In this document: positions 24,471 through 38,875 of the stretch, piece by piece | How positions within the stretch are numbered: the first letter of the stretch is position 1 | Layout: each line of letters opens with the position of its first letter | Source of the DNA: Lama guanicoe | Lineage: Eukaryota | Length of the DNA stretch: 64,000 nucleotides | NCBI GenBank assembly: GCA_013239625.1 | Contig: MU053881.1 | Location: 8,145,957-8,209,956 of the forward strand | Direction: 5' to 3' | Notes under the pieces: model-generated | Database searches by the model: none | What the model saw: the letters and a program-made list of their open reading frames with translations, nothing else | What the model was told of the DNA's origin: nothing | Position numbers and translations under genes: made by a program

Positions 24471-26711
24471 TCACCTTAACTTTATATTTGGAGTACACTG
24501 ACTATTCACAACTCACCCCCCAGACAAATTCTGATGTCCCCTGGGGCAAGGCTAACCCATACCCTCCTGGCCTTGGCGCCCCATAAGGAGTGACTGCAGG
24601 GATAAGGACCATCCCCAGAGTGTACCAGGCTGAAGAGGACAGGATACAGATCCATGTCCCTGCCAGGGTTAAGAGGCTAAGATTGGAATTCCTTTCTCTT
24701 TGTTCAAAACCACACCTCCACGCTACTTGCACATTTTAATACTTACTGGCATCTAGATTCAATCTTTCCTCAACTCGTACAGCCTTTTTACAAAATACCT
24801 ACTTCTGCAGAGGCTACATGATGTCTCAGAACCAGCACTGGTTCTTAAACTTTTTCTGGGACTTTGGGAAAGCAACTTTAGTCTCTGGGCCTCTGTTACT
24901 CCGGTTTCAAAAAGACAGAGAGGCAGCGTGTCCAATGGACAGAAAAAGACACCCGTTCTGCCGCTTACTCGCTCTGTCACTTTGGACAGCCTGTTTGATC
25001 CCTGTGGGTTTTATTTTCCTTGTCCACAAAACAGGGCCAACACAGCTTGCCTCATAAGTGTAAGGATTAAAAGAGACAATAGACAGAAATCAACTCGACA
25101 CCATGAACGAGAGCGCTTCTTGTTTGTTATGTCAGCAATAAAATTCGGTTCTGTGATGGACTGTCTTGGGCCGGCCTCTATCACCAGGTAGCACGTCTTA
25201 CTCACCCTTAGCTCTTTGCACCCATCACTAAAGTGCAGATTAATCGATTATGCACGGACAGCCGGCTGACCTTGCCCCCAGCGCTGACGGGCTTGCACGG
25301 GCTCTTGGCCTGCAGCTAGGGGCGACGGGTCTCCTCGCAGAAGCCGGGGGGGGGGTTGCCATCATTACAGACAGTGGTCCTCTGCAGAGGCATCCTCCAG
25401 TTGCCATCCCTTGTCAAAGTGGCAGGTGAATCCCAGGATTCCTGGAGAGCATTTGCCACCTGACTGGCAGCCCCAGAGGCCCACGGAGCTGCTGCCTTGG
25501 CTGAGAGGTCGCTGCTGAGCTCTGCTCGGCTGGAAAACAAGAATGTCCTTGGAACGTGTCAGGCAAGGCGGCCTGCCCAGGTCTGCTACTTCTGTGGGTG
25601 GCTCTATCCAGTAGCCACAGCCTCGGAGACCCTGTGGCATGCTCTTGTGGCTCACCGTGAGCCAGCCAGCCTGTGCCCACGTGCCCGCCAGAGCACACCC
25701 CCGGCCCCCTGCAGCCCCACCCAGGCTTTCTTAATAGACCGTGGCAGTCTCATTTGTAGACTTTATTCACCCGGCAGCCGAGGATGATCTGTCCTGATGC
25801 TCCTCTTCTCCTCTCACCCGCCTTCCCTCTTTCTCCCCCCCCCCCTCCCCCCCTTCCCCCTGCCCTGGTCTGCAAATCCACACGCAAAGCGCAGACAAGG
25901 GCTTGAGTCTAGTCTGAAGCTGAGATGTTGTTTGAAATGGGAAAACTGCTGGCAAACTGCTCCATTAGTGGTTCCAGTAACAAATACTCCGTTCCCCCAA
26001 TGAAGATGAGATTGCAGAGGCACAAATTAATAAGACTGTCTCCCCTATTCCACAGCAGGAATTAGTCTTCAAGACGAATGGGTTCATCCCAGCCAGAAAT
26101 GTGCATGCACGCGCCGTAGCCTCCGAGGGAGTCAGTTCCTCCTGTCTCTTCCTCCTGCTCCCCCCTCCCTCCCCCTACACACACCTTCCCAGCTGAGGGT
26201 TTGGGGATCAGCCACGCCAAATGAGGAGGTGATGAAAAGATCCGCAGCTCGGAGAGAAGGAAGATGGATGAGGAGGAGACGCTGAGTCCTCAGCCTGGGC
26301 CACGCCGTCATTCATCACCTCTAATAGCGGGCCCCGCCTCCTGCTCGTGCCTGTTTCCCACCACACCTGTTCCTGGTGACGGGAAGTCATTTGAGGGATG
26401 AAGGAATAAAGAATGGCCAGGCTCGCTCGCTCCTCACAGCTCCTTCTCTTCCAAGGAAGTTCTGGGCCCTGTGCCTGCCACATCTCTTGTTCTTTCCAGG
26501 GTAACAGGAGGGGAAGTATTTCAGCAGAGTCCGTAAGACGGTAAAGCCGCAGACGGCAGCAGCTGCCCCGGGGGAGTGGTCCAGCCGGGGCCCCTGGGGC
26601 CCTCAGGCTGTCAGGGAGCCAGCTTGATGCATATTAGACTGGGAGCCTGAAGACGTGAAGGCTATTCCTCCACCCTGTTGGAATGGCCGACTGGAAACTG
26701 CAGAAACAAAT

Positions 26712-26790
26712 ATCGAATCATTAGGTTGTACACCTGAAACTAATACAATGTAATATATCAATTACATCTCATTAAAGAGAGAAAAAAGGA
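26712..26790 (+). mobile_element. L1 3'-terminal fragment
   Basis: gaatcattaggttgtacacctgaaactaatacaatgtaatatatcaattacatctc followed by an A-rich tail, typical of an L1M 3' end. Confidence 0.7.
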
Positions 26791-27230
26791 GCGCAGAAAT
26801 GAAGTCAGCCATTGGCGTTCCTGCCTGCCCAGTAGCCCAGCAGCAGCGTGGATGAGCTGCTGACTGAACGGAGACGTGCTGCCATGGCAGATGGGCATGG
26901 CTACCTGTCCATCTCTCTTTACTCTAGTTACGTCCTACAGCGTTTTCTGAAAATGGCAACTGCCTCCAAAGACAGCTTATAGGAAGCAAGAACCAAACAT
27001 CCTCAAGGAAAGATCATCCTGTCTAACTTTGTCCCCAGGGAGTTAGACCCTTGACTGGGCGCTCCACGCGCCAGAACATGAGTCTCCGGCTTTTGAACAC
27101 TGTTTGCAGGTCTCCCTTGACCGGGAGTGTGTGCCACAGGATGGGAGAGACCATCCTGTCCCCACGGCCCCCAGCAACCCCTTGTCAATGGGTGGGTGTT
27201 TAATTGACTCTTCTCTGCTCTGTTTCTCAG

Positions 27231-27302
27231 ACGCCTGGAACAGAACTCCATCAAATCCATCCCCGCTGGAGCCTTCACCCAGTACAAGAAACTGAAGCGC
27301 AT
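27231..27302 (+). CDS. SLIT3: SLIT3 exon (inferred exon 10), D2 LRR
   Basis: tttctcag| acceptor, 72 nt, |gtgagt donor; [23 protein letters not shown](I). Confidence 0.97.
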
Positions 27303-30300
27303 GTGAGTTTCCCCTGCGGAGAAACGAGCCCAGTTGCTTTCAGCTTGGGGGAGGGGGATAATGGGGAGTGGAGAGCCTGCCCAGCTGAGCGGCTGCATCC
27401 CAGTCCTCAGGGGACTGAAGTGTCATGCCAGGAATGTCTCCCAAGACGAGGAGGTGAGGCCAGACGCGTTGCCTTCAGATGGGAGGTGTATGAGTTTAGA
27501 CACCTCAGAGCTAAGGGCCTCTCCAACTAAAGCAAAATAAAATTATCTGGGTAGGAGGTGTGGCTGAATCAGCCTAAAAAAGACCCATCTCACCATTTTA
27601 TTGTCCCGTGGCTTTGGGGGTGTGGACCTAATGTAGGAGTTTCAGTAGAGATGTGACAGTGGCCCTGTGTCATTCTTCAGCCCCGACACCAACACCCCTA
27701 CAACCATGCACACATCCATCTAACAAATTCTTAGCAAATATCCACTGTGCACAAAGAAATGTGCTGTGGATCTGTGGGTTGAGGGTGAACTAAAACGAAA
27801 CGTACTCTCATGGAACTAGCATATTCAGGTGGGAGAGCACAGAACATATATATATATATATATCAGAAACTGATCAGCACCAGAATGTTAAACAAAAGAA
27901 GGGAAGTGCATGGAGAGTGATGGATGGGTGGGTTGGCCCATGAAGGCCTCCAAGTGCAGGTGACCCGAATGGGGGAAGGGAGTGAGTCTGGAGGGGCTCT
28001 CGGGAGTGTGCGCGGATGCTCTGCAGAACAGCGAGGGGCGGAGTGAGTGAAGGGGAAAGTGGGGGTGTTCTGCAGGGGCCGGATCCCGTGGCCCCTGCAG
28101 ACCATGGTAAGGACTTGCTCATCTTCCTAAGTGAGATAAGCCTTGGAAGCTCCCTTGCTTGTGATTGTCCCCAGCACCCCCTCTACCACCACATCCAATG
28201 TCACTATCATCCTGTCAGTACCTGGTGACACCAACACTGCTGTAACCTTCTCCACCACCACCACACCATTGATGGCACCTGCACCTCATCGCCCTCATCC
28301 GCGCCATGGCGGCAACATCCTCCTCACCACCCTTCCCGTCGTGTGGCCACCCTGAGCACTGCTCTGTGGGTCTCTCAGAGTGGGGTGCTCTGAAGGAAGG
28401 CCAGTAGGATTCAGAACCAGTCCCACCATTGCCATCATAGACACTGAGAACCTGGGAGGGAGGCTCCTGTCCCTTTTCCAGGCTAAGAAATCATTTACGA
28501 TAATCACCATGCTGTTATCATCGCCCTTGCCCCTTCTCCGACCCCGCACAGAGGAAGGAGAGAGGGCAGGTAGAAATACCCACGGACGTGGTCTTGTTCC
28601 CTCCCACTGGAGGCTGACTCATCCGTTTCCCTTGAGCAGAAGGGCCTACGTTAAAGAGGTTAAGTGTCTGCTGGCTCCTTTTATGTTAAAAATAAACATC
28701 CCTGTGAAACAGTGGCACTGGTAGGCTTTACCCTCAGATCTCGGGAAGCCAACTCCCATCTCCCTGGAAATCCAAACCAAACAAGATTTTCTCCTGGTGC
28801 AGTTCCAGAAGCAGAGAGCAGCGTTATGCACCCGCCCTGAGCGCGCACTTCTTCCCTCCCCTTGGCAGCGTTCCTGCTGGAGGAGCTGTATAAATATAGG
28901 CCTTAATATTTAAAACCTTGGGCCATTAATCTCCTCGTCTTCCTGCTTCTCCAGCTCACTCTCCGTACCCCCGCCCTGATTCATTTTTAAAGCCCAGCTA
29001 GATTCTGCAGCCAGATAGTAATTTCAGTGAAAAATGACAAGGTCCGTCACTGCCCCAACCTACATCTCTTGCATGATTGAAGTTACTGCTCTAATTTTTG
29101 TGAAGTCCAGGTAATTTAGGGGTTGGCTATGTTTTACTGTCCTTTCTCCATCCCATTGGAGTTGCCACGATCTGTGCATTCAAAATTCATGAGACCTTCT
29201 CCGTCACGACCTGGGAAGTGAATTTCATTTTTGATCACTTCTGATGCCATTGGTATTTATCGTGATGCCCTTTCCCCCACCGCCCCCAACCCCATGTGAC
29301 AGTAAAGAAGAGAGGCCACTTAAAATTTTTCTGACCAGCAGAACTTCCGAAACCCAGACTGAGGTGCAGTGGCTTGGAGAAGTGGGTCCCTGGTGAAAAT
29401 GGATTTTGAAACCCTAAATATGAACCAGTCTGCCTCTAATATCTAATGGAAGTTTTCCCTCAACTCTGCATGAACCACATCCTCTTCCTACCTCCAGTGA
29501 CCAAAAAAAAATTTTCCCTGAATAAATGGCATTGTCCCTGAATAGAATGAATTTCCGGTGGGCAGCTTAATGTAAAAAGAAACTTTCAGGTAAAAACTAG
29601 TATCAAGTTAAGGAAGCCATTTGTAGGGACAGTAGGAGGCACTGGAGAAGGTGCCCGGGTCTCACAGGGCTGGTTACCCAGCAACGCTGACACCCGAAGG
29701 TCAAACTTTCAAGGTGTTTGGCCCGAATGGGGTGTTGAGTTCTTTCCCTCCGCGCTCTTAGGTAGAGCAGTATTCCACAGCCTCCACCACTTCCTCGTGT
29801 CTCACACTTCTGTTCCCTGCTTGATCCTTGCAGGCGTTGGATTTTGCCATCTCTGTTCTAAACAGTGTGCAAAGGCCACTCCTTCCCCATCATCCAGTTT
29901 ATAAGCCCTGGGGGACTGGGGTGGATCTGGGACTGACCAGATTCTGAAGCACCATGGCCTGAAATATGACCCAGGGACCGCCTGCAGGGGTGATGTGTCA
30001 CATGTGCCGACTTTTAACTCCAGCTCCCCAGCCGGCCAAGACTCTCTGTGGGTGCATTTTAATAAACACCCCTGGTGAGGTTTGAGAACCACTGGTCGTT
30101 AAGATTGACCCAAACCCCTGGAGTCAGCTCTGGGACCACCTGATGTGGACTAGGAGGGGTCAGGCATGGAGATCAGTGGGCACTGAAGCCATCCCCAATC
30201 TGCCTTTCTGTCCAGTGCCACCACCTTCTGCACCCATCACAGTAGAGTGGAAGGGAGACTCGAGACGCCCGGTCTGTACCCAACAGCCATGTCAGGTCCC

Positions 30301-32038
30301 TCATGGCTCCAGGTCCTTCACCTCCCAGAGCTACTGTTTCCTTCCTGCAGAGTTAAGAACTAAGAGGCAGTGACCACCAGGGCCAATTCCCAGCTAAACT
30401 ATCACTTCTCCAATTTCTGCTCCCCAGCATCTCCAGAACCACCAGACATCTCTCCCTGTGCTCAGAGAGGGCTGCATCCAGAAGTCTAGTTATGAACTGA
30501 AAGCCAATTTGCCCTGACGAGGCTAAAGCAGAGGGCTTCTCCACCAGTCACGGAACTTCCTCTCACATGGCCGAGGCCTAAGGACCTTAAAGGGACATCC
30601 CATTGAGGATGTCAGGGAAACGAAACAGAACAGGCTCTCTCACCAGTCTTATCTGAGCACAGACCCTGCACGCTTGCCCGAAATGCCTTGCGAGGGCCAG
30701 GAAGATTAGGATAATCTGGGGCATTTGCTTGTTAAGACCCTTACACCGAAGAAAAGCCGGGTGTAAGCTGACGAGTTTGTGAGCACAATCTGGATTTGTT
30801 AGGGGCGATCTCGCCCGCTAAAGGGATCAGCTCGACAGCTGTGCCTAAGAATCCTTAACCTGTGGAGTATCCTTCAACCTGCAGGCCTTGGAAATGGGGA
30901 GGGAAAGGAACAGAGGCCTAGGGAAGGGTATCAGGCAGCCCCTTTGAAGGCTGTTAGGAGGAGGAGAGAGGCCCGAGGAGTGCGCTTAAGAGTCTGGGGG
31001 GCTGGGGGGGCTGGCCTCGCTGGAGGCAATTGTTTAAGAACCTACTTAGATGTGCTTTCTTCTCGATACTCCCTCGTCTCCTCCTTGTTGACCCTCCAAG
31101 ACCCCAGCCCCTCCTCATCTGCATGAAAGCAAAGACCCATTGATTTATTTTGTTAAAGAAAAGGAACCAGAAAGGTTCGTTGTGGCTGGAAATCGGAGCA
31201 TCTCCCCTTCCAGGGACAGGAGCCCAGAGGCCCACCCTGAGCTAATGACTTTTAAGAGAAGTCCCCCCTCCAGGGAAGTGCCGGTGGGGAGAACTAGAAG
31301 GGGGGTGCTCCGAAGTCACTGGGATGCTGCAGAGTGAGCAGGGAGATTCCGCTGCACCAGCGAGGCCCGGCTAGCTGCCTTCCAGCGCACAGCATCCTTC
31401 TCGCTCACATTATCCCAAAGCCCTGGGCATCACTGCCCTGGGCTTGCTCTGGGAGCACTGCCAGCAACAAGGCCAGGCCTCAAAGCCATCCCGTGACAGT
31501 CTTATGAGATGTTTACAGAGACTTAAGTCACTGCTTAAAAACTCCTTTCAGGTCAGAGAGGAAAAGTCACTGGGGAGGTGAAATGACTCAGGACTTTTGG
31601 GGAGAAAAATAAGCGTTTACCGAGGCAAGAGACAAACAGTGATGCTTCCAGGACCCTTGGGCCGCGTTTGAGCGAGGCTGACTTCTGCTTTGTTTATGCT
31701 GTAGTTGCTTGGTAACGTGACCTAGGACAAGTCCCTCATCTGACTGGATGCGGTTTCCCACCTACAAAGTGAAGGCTCCCATGTGCATAGCAGTATGTCA
31801 AAGTCACGGTGCTGTGAATGTTCTTTGAAAGCCAAGAAATGTGATACAAATACAGTGCATTTCATCATGAGGTGGTTGAACTGAATGATCTTTAAGCCCC
31901 TGTTCTCACCCTGTAAAGAAATTGAATGATTAATCCATCCTCACCATTTTGCATACCTGAAATGCTTGGTCCACACCTAGGAATGGCCGTACCACACCTT
32001 TGAGCTGTGTTCTCAGTCTCTCCCGTTAACGTTTTCAG

Positions 32039-32110
32039 AGACATCAGCAAGAATCAGATATCGGACATCGCTCCAGACGCTTTCCAGGGTCTGAAATCGC
32101 TCACGTCGCT
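32039..32110 (+). CDS. SLIT3: SLIT3 exon (inferred exon 11), D2 LRR
   Basis: ttttcag| acceptor, 72 nt, |gtaagt donor; [23 protein letters not shown](L). Confidence 0.97.
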
Positions 32111-35100
32111 GTAAGTGGGGAGCGGAGTTGCGTGGGGTGCGGGTGGGGGTGGGTGGCAGAGGGATGCGTCCGTATTTTTCAGGGGGTGTTTATCAAGGTT
32201 TTATGTTCCCTCACACACTTGTGGCAACCTGGTAAAAGAAACAAATATTTCTTCAGGGGAAATTGATCTTGGGGAATATTTCTACAACCCAAATGCATTA
32301 TTTTTATTGATTAAGTGCCCAGCAGCCTTCCCAGTTATTGGCTTCTAATTCGAATGCTTCTTCTCCCCTAACTGCACTCCCTCCTCCCACCCCACCTGCC
32401 TTGGCAGCGCTGTCCAGGGAGGTGGAGGGAGAGAAGGGGCATGTGCGGTTACTACCGGGTGCCCATTTCCCCCATGCATGTGGACTTGTCAAAGGAGGAG
32501 CTAATTTTCTTCCTCTGATTTTAAAGCTTTTTCTCCCCAAACCAACCTCATGGCTATTGTTCTGAGAAAGCATCAATCCCATTCTATAAGCCTTTCATAT
32601 CTTTGATTTCGAAACCCTAAAGCAGCCTGTTGGATGGAAACAAAGCCGTGCCCACTAAAGGCATGGAGACCCCCAGGGACAGGAGGGCACGGAGCTTTGT
32701 CCTGTTTCTGCCAGTGACTCGCCATGTGGCGCCGAGACCAGCCCTTGAGTCTTCCGTGCGTGTTCCCTCCAGGCAAAGTGGGGACAGTGCCACCTTTCCG
32801 ACCTAGCACGCAATCGTGATTACAATTCAACAACAACTGGCAGTACTTATTAAGCACTTACTGTGTGCCAGCTACTGTTCTAGGAGGCTTGCAAGCTTCA
32901 TCCTCACAACGACCTAAAATACAGAATTTATCCTCATCTCTCTTTCATGGTTGACGAAATTTGGGTGATCTAAGCTCTGTACAGACAGAGGTTTTTATCT
33001 CTCTTGATCCTGGCTGAATCTCTGGCACCTCAAGCAGTACCTGGCACATAGTTACTGTGCCAAAAAAAGAAGAAGAAAAATCTGTCGAGTAAATAAATAT
33101 AACGTCTCCAAAGCCCACGGTGACAAGTGAGAGAGGCAGGATTCAGACCCAAGCAGTGTGACTCCAGAACCCATGCCTCCTGAGATAACGTGGAAGGTGC
33201 AGCTAAGGCATCCTGGGTTGATACTATTCGTATTCTTTGGTGACCTGCCCACCTGGGCAAGAGCGAGGATGCTCAGAGGCAAGCTGTCCATGCTTTGTCA
33301 CCTTGTGCCACCTGTTTGTTTAATTGATGAGTGGGCAGGTAACAAGATATACATTTTCCCCCCACCTGGTCCCATCCCACCGGGAAGAGGATGAAGACAG
33401 GGAAGTCTCTTGATTCAGCTGTTGCCTGCTGCTTGCAGAGTAAATTAGTTTCATTTATCGGGTTAGAACATCTGGCTGGGATATCAAAGACAGGATTGTG
33501 TGTGAGATTAGCGTCTGCTTATTGTGCTAAAGATCACAGAGGAGAAGGGAGAACGGCCGTCTGCCACCGGGATCCTGTCCCTGCCCCCAGCCTCCCGTTC
33601 CCCTTGTCTGGTTTCCCTCTGCTGGGATCCGGGAACAGTCTGAGGATCATGAGATGCTTCCTGTCTTGCAGGAAAAGAAATTCAAAATCTGGTTGCCAGA
33701 TAGGAAATTGGCATGCCACTAGCGAATTCTGAAATATGCAGGGACGTTGTATGTATTCGTCCATTCAGCAGGTGCCTGCTGTGTCCTGAGTAGCCTTAGA
33801 GACACTGAGAATATGGTAGTGAACTGGACAGACGAGACCCTTGGTCTCATGGATCTTTGAACACAAAGGCACCCAATCCAAAGTCAGGAATGGCCAAGGT
33901 GAAGAGCAGGAAAGCCTTTACCCCATACCTGTGCCTTCATTCTTTGAACAAATTATTGTGCTAGACCCTGTTCAGTTTTCAGCTCTAGGAACCCATCCAT
34001 GAACAAGCCACATAATGTCACCCACCCACATGTAACCTGGGTTCAAGGGGGCGGGTGGGGGAGGCACAGACAATGTTTAAAGTAAACCAATATATAAGTA
34101 ATATTATGACATAAAGAAAGGGGATGGAGAAATAAAAATAGGGTGATGGGTGGTGAAGAAACGTGAACTAAAATGTTCAGCAGAAGCTTCCCAAGAAAGA
34201 GAGGTGTGAGCTCAGACCTGGAAAGTGGGAAGACGCAGTCAAAGAAAGATCTGGTGGGGAAAGCCAGGCAGGTCTGCACCCAGATGCCCCGAGGTGGACC
34301 CACACCCGCTTCAGCCTGCCAGAGGGTGGTTTCGACCCACGGAGACGTAGAGACGACCCGTGTGGACGTGTGATTTGAGGAGCCCCTGGCCTTGCCGCCC
34401 CCCCAACAGTTTCTACACGGGGGGTTCTGACATCAGCCAAGACGTGCAGACAGAGACACTCCTGCATTTGGCACAGTGAGCAGAGGGACGTTAATATGAA
34501 TTACAAATGTGAGCCTGAGCCATCATGCTGACTTTTATTTAGTCATTAATTTGTTGAAACATTAATGAAACACACCCGTGGGCTGAGCGGGACGCTGAGT
34601 TTTCACTCCTGGTGGCATCTGGGAAATGGGGGTGGGTTTCTCTCTCCCACTAACCATGTCCTCATCCTAGTATTTTGCCTCCTCAAAGACACGTCACAGC
34701 CTGGATTTGCAATCTGAGTTGGGATTGAATCTTGCGTTCGTTCAGTGCGCTGCAGGGCCCAAGAGGGAATTTTCTTAAAAACCCTTCTTAGCTGAGTTCC
34801 CTCCATCTCCAAGGAGGCTGGACCCTAGAGACAGCGACGTCCGTGGGATGGACGAGAGCAGAGAGAAGCTGGCAGTGAATTCCGTGCCTGTGCCTAGGAC
34901 CCACTGGGCACTGGGCTGGAAAGACAGACCTAATAGACTTTGTCCCCAAGCGTCACAAGTCACCAGAGATCAGCCCATGAATAGGAGGCCCAGTGTGAGC
35001 GACGCTGTAGGCTGGCAGACAGAGGGCTAAAAGAATTCAGAGTTCTTTAGTTTCTGAAGCTCAAAGGATAGAAAAATAAGCTGGAGTGTAGAAGCTGCCA

Positions 35101-35659
35101 TTACTGCAGTACGAATTCCTTGCTCCCTAAGAGCCAGCCCTTGACTCAGCAGCCCTGCGCCATCTGGAGAGGACCCCAGTTACCCGGAGCCCTGTCTAGG
35201 TGCATGATTAAAGGACTGGGCTCAGGAATTCCTACGATGCAACAGGATATTAAAAGGAAACATTCTATAGGCTGGGCTCAGCCTGATCGATACCCATTGA
35301 AGACAAGAAGACACAGGGCCGGCTAGCCTCCCACGCATCTTATTTATTGCCAGGGTGTGAGTCACATTAGCAGCTGCGGGAGACACCACAAAGGGACTGC
35401 TTCTCCCTATTGTGGATTATTTATTGAGCTGGGCTTCCCAGGAGTGAAACAGGAAGGACCCCATTTCTCCTCGCCTCCCAGACAGCCTGCCCCTCTGGCC
35501 CCCGGTGGCAATAGCCCCGCTGTCTTGCTGGTGAGGAGAAGGGATGAGGCGGGCTGGGGAAGGCGATGCTCTGAGATGTCCCCTAGAGTTGGCCGAGGTG
35601 ATGGCCTCCCGTGTCGCCTCTCATCCGCAGTGACCACTGTGCTCTCCGCTCCTTTCCAG

Positions 35660-35731
35660 GGTGCTCTATGGCAACAAGATCACCGAGATCGCCAAGGGAC
35701 TGTTTGACGGGCTGGTGTCCCTGCAGCTGCT
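35660..35731 (+). CDS. SLIT3: SLIT3 exon (inferred exon 12), D2 LRR
   Basis: tttccag| acceptor, 72 nt, |gtgagt donor; [23 protein letters not shown](L). Confidence 0.97.
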
Positions 35732-36725
35732 GTGAGTAGGAACTTTGTCACTAATTGGGTCTCTGGAACTGTGTGCAGGCTCTTTCCTGCAAACTTTGAG
35801 CCATGCTCTGCAGAGTTCTTTTGACTTTGTGCACACTGAAGAGGGAAAAAAATAATTTGTTTTTGAGCTGTCCGCCTTTCACCTCCATCATTTCTTCTTG
35901 GTGGAAGGAGAGCCAGGGAGTTGGCAGGGGGAGGCTAAGGCCAGCGTGACTGAAGCTAGATGATCCAGCTCAGGAGGGTGGCCCAGGCATGAGTCACTGG
36001 CCTCAGGTGGGGGCGGCTAGAAATTAAGCCGGAGTTGAATCCTACACAGGGAAGCATCCTGCAGGGGTGTGCTAGGAACGGGAGGAACTCAAATATTCAT
36101 ACATCATATTCCAATACGAAAGCTGAAGCAGAGCTGCTGACAGTCATGTGACCTTGGAGAAGGGTCGGGCTGGGTGGTGAGCTGATCAGTCACCGCTGTG
36201 ACTGCCTGGCCCAGGTATGGCTGAGGGGGGAGCGTTTATTTAACTTAAAGGAAAGTTTATTGCCTCGAATTTTAAGCTCTGGGATTATTTATTTGCATTT
36301 ATTTCATTCTGGTCATTTGAGCTTAAATGTTTGAAGAAGATAATTGAACTCTGACGTGCAGAGGTGAGGAAAGGAATTTAGCTCATCCTGTATTTTAAGG
36401 CTTTGTGACTGGGGGAGAATTCGCTCTGGCTTGCGATTAGGAGCTGTGGCATCTGCATGCATGTACTGCGGGGAGGGGGTGCATACATGTTCACATCTGC
36501 TTGGGTACCATTTCAGTTCCTATTGGTGTTAGGAACTGATCTTGAGTATCCTGTGAGCAGTGGAGGCTACCAGGGTTCAGAGAGGTAAATGACTTGCCCT
36601 CAGACACACAGCAAAATATGTGTGGAAACTGGAGTAGAGCTTTCATGGTCCTGTGGCTCAGAGGGCTCCTAGCTCTCAAACAGCATGGGATGTATGTTCC
36701 CAGAGGTGTGCGTCTGAGTACAGAG

Positions 36726-36727
<2 letters not shown>

Positions 36728-36768
<41 letters not shown>
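36728..36768. repeat. (GT)n microsatellite, about 20 units
   Basis: Directly visible uninterrupted run. Confidence 0.95.
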
Positions 36769-36769
<1 letters not shown>

Positions 36770-38624
36770 CTGCACACATGTAAGTGCGCTGTTGTAAAAT
36801 CACCTCCAAGTCACAGGCAGTGAGGAAGGGGCCCAGGATCTCCCTGCTTCCCACGTGCAGTTCAGCGAAGCTGCGGTGTCAGCTTGCAGACAGTGTGGGT
36901 GAGTTGTGTCTTCGGATGGCTGGGCGTGCAGGAGTGAGGATGGACGGAGGAGGGTCGGCCACATACCTCACACGTGGCGATGCCCAGACACTCTTCAAGA
37001 AGGAGGAAGTGAGCCTTTCCTTTCTCCTTTTCTTCTCATATCTTTACGCCCTACCCTTCTCATGTCCTGTAAGACTCAGCCCTGGACAGATTCTCCTAAG
37101 ATAATACAGGAATGTGAATCATGTCTGGATGAGATGCCCAGCTAGTTTCCAGGCAGCACATCCATCACAGCAGTAGTCAGCCTTGTTTCAATGAAGCCCA
37201 AAACAAGAGAGAGAAAATTCTGTATCTTTCTCTGTGCATCCCTTCCACCCAGCCCTGCACACCTCTGTCTCCGTGTCTCTGTATACGCTTTAGTGTTCAA
37301 AGGTCCCAGCCCTCAGTGAGCCTCGGTACCTGTTTGTTAGAACGGCCTGCCAGGGCTCCGCAGGGAGCTGGCTATTTCACAGATGGTATTCTTTGCTTGT
37401 AGCAAGGAAACGATAAGTTACAACTGCCACCATAAGGCCGGTTAACTGTAGCTATTAATCCCTTGCAAGAAGAGTAACAATAGCACGGCCTGGAGGTAGA
37501 TCTGGAGGTGTTGTGTTCCAGTGGCTGGGGTGAGCATCCTTTTGCAGTCTGGGTTTTGGTGCGGAGAGCAAAAAGCCCTTGCATGTGTTAAGGAGAACCA
37601 TAGCACGTATCCGAGTGCCTAGCACAGTGCACGGCATGTAAAGATTCCATAAGTGCGTGATTTTTTTTTTTTTAAAGGAAGCATATCCCAGCTCCAGACT
37701 GACAGCAGTCATGAAATAGCTAGTAACAGGACTTTGCACTGGCTCGGAAGGCAGCTCCGGCTGCACAGCGCCGTTCTGAGCAGATGGAATTGAGCAGCTA
37801 GGAGAAAAGACAAAGCTTCCCCCCTTCTCTCCAGACCAAGAGTTGACACCGCTCAGGCCCGCTCACTTTCCAGAAAAAAAGCCCAGCAACTGTAGCCATC
37901 ACTGGGCTTTGACCTGCCGTTGAGCAGTTAGAAAGCACGTCCTGATTAGATCTAATTTAGCGTTCAGCCCGTGGTAGATTGGATTTCTCCTTGTTAGGCT
38001 GGAGACACTCCGATAAGAAGGCTCTGATTAGAATACCCTGGTCGTCTGGGAAATTTCCTCTCCTTTGACTGGAAGGCTTTTTGCGAGGGGTTTTGTGTTT
38101 GTTTTTTTTCTTCTCTCTCCGTCTCTCAAATTATTGGTGCATCACAGAGCCAAGCTGTCTCTGACACCCGGAGTGATCTTGGATGTTTCCTTTCTGGCAC
38201 TTGTCGCGATGCTGCCAGGAATAACGCAGGTGCCTCGGAGCTGGTCGTCCTCCCTGCCCTCCCTTGCCCTGATCCTTTAATCCTTTCAGCCATCCCACCC
38301 CACCTGCCCCGCCTGTTACGCACCCAGCCCTCCTGGGTCATTTTGTTGCCCTGTTTTTTCTGGTAGATGGCCAACACTAAAGGTAGAATGTCTCCATCTC
38401 CAGCATCTCTCAGAGGCGGCAGCCCATGGGTCTACATGGTACAAGCTTCAACAGTCCTGGGAAGGTCTCCCAAACCCGGTTCCCTGTCCTCCGGGTGTCG
38501 GCCTCCCAAGAGTCCCCTCCTTGAGTCAGAGTCCCAAAATCTTCAGGGCTTTAGGGACAGCCTCTCACCCGCCTGGTACGGAAGCCTGTCCCGTGCACCC
38601 CGGGACAAATCTTCCTACCGCTCA

Positions 38625-38759
38625 TTCAGTTTCTGGTGTACAGCACAATGCTTCAGTCATACATGAGCATACATATATTTGGTTTCATATTCTTTTTCAC
38701 CATAAGTTACTACAAGATACTGAGTATAGTTCCCCGTGCTGTACAGTATAAGCTTGTTG
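38625..38759 (-). mobile_element. short L1 3'UTR fragment
   Basis: ttcagtttctggtgtacagcacaatgcttcagtcatacat...tacaagatactgagtatagttccccgtgctgtacag is homologous to 23936-24058. Confidence 0.8.
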
Positions 38760-38875
38760 ATAGAAAGCTCTTTCTTATGCTAAACCTCAGTAACGGCTTC
38801 TGAGAAACTCAGAAAAGGCTTTTCTCACATTCTTCAAGTGTTTGGAAAAAGCTGGTGTGTCTCCCTGCAATGATC

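Noticed and set aside
28886..28900. TATA-like tataaata
   Set aside because: Isolated motif expected by chance; no supporting promoter context.
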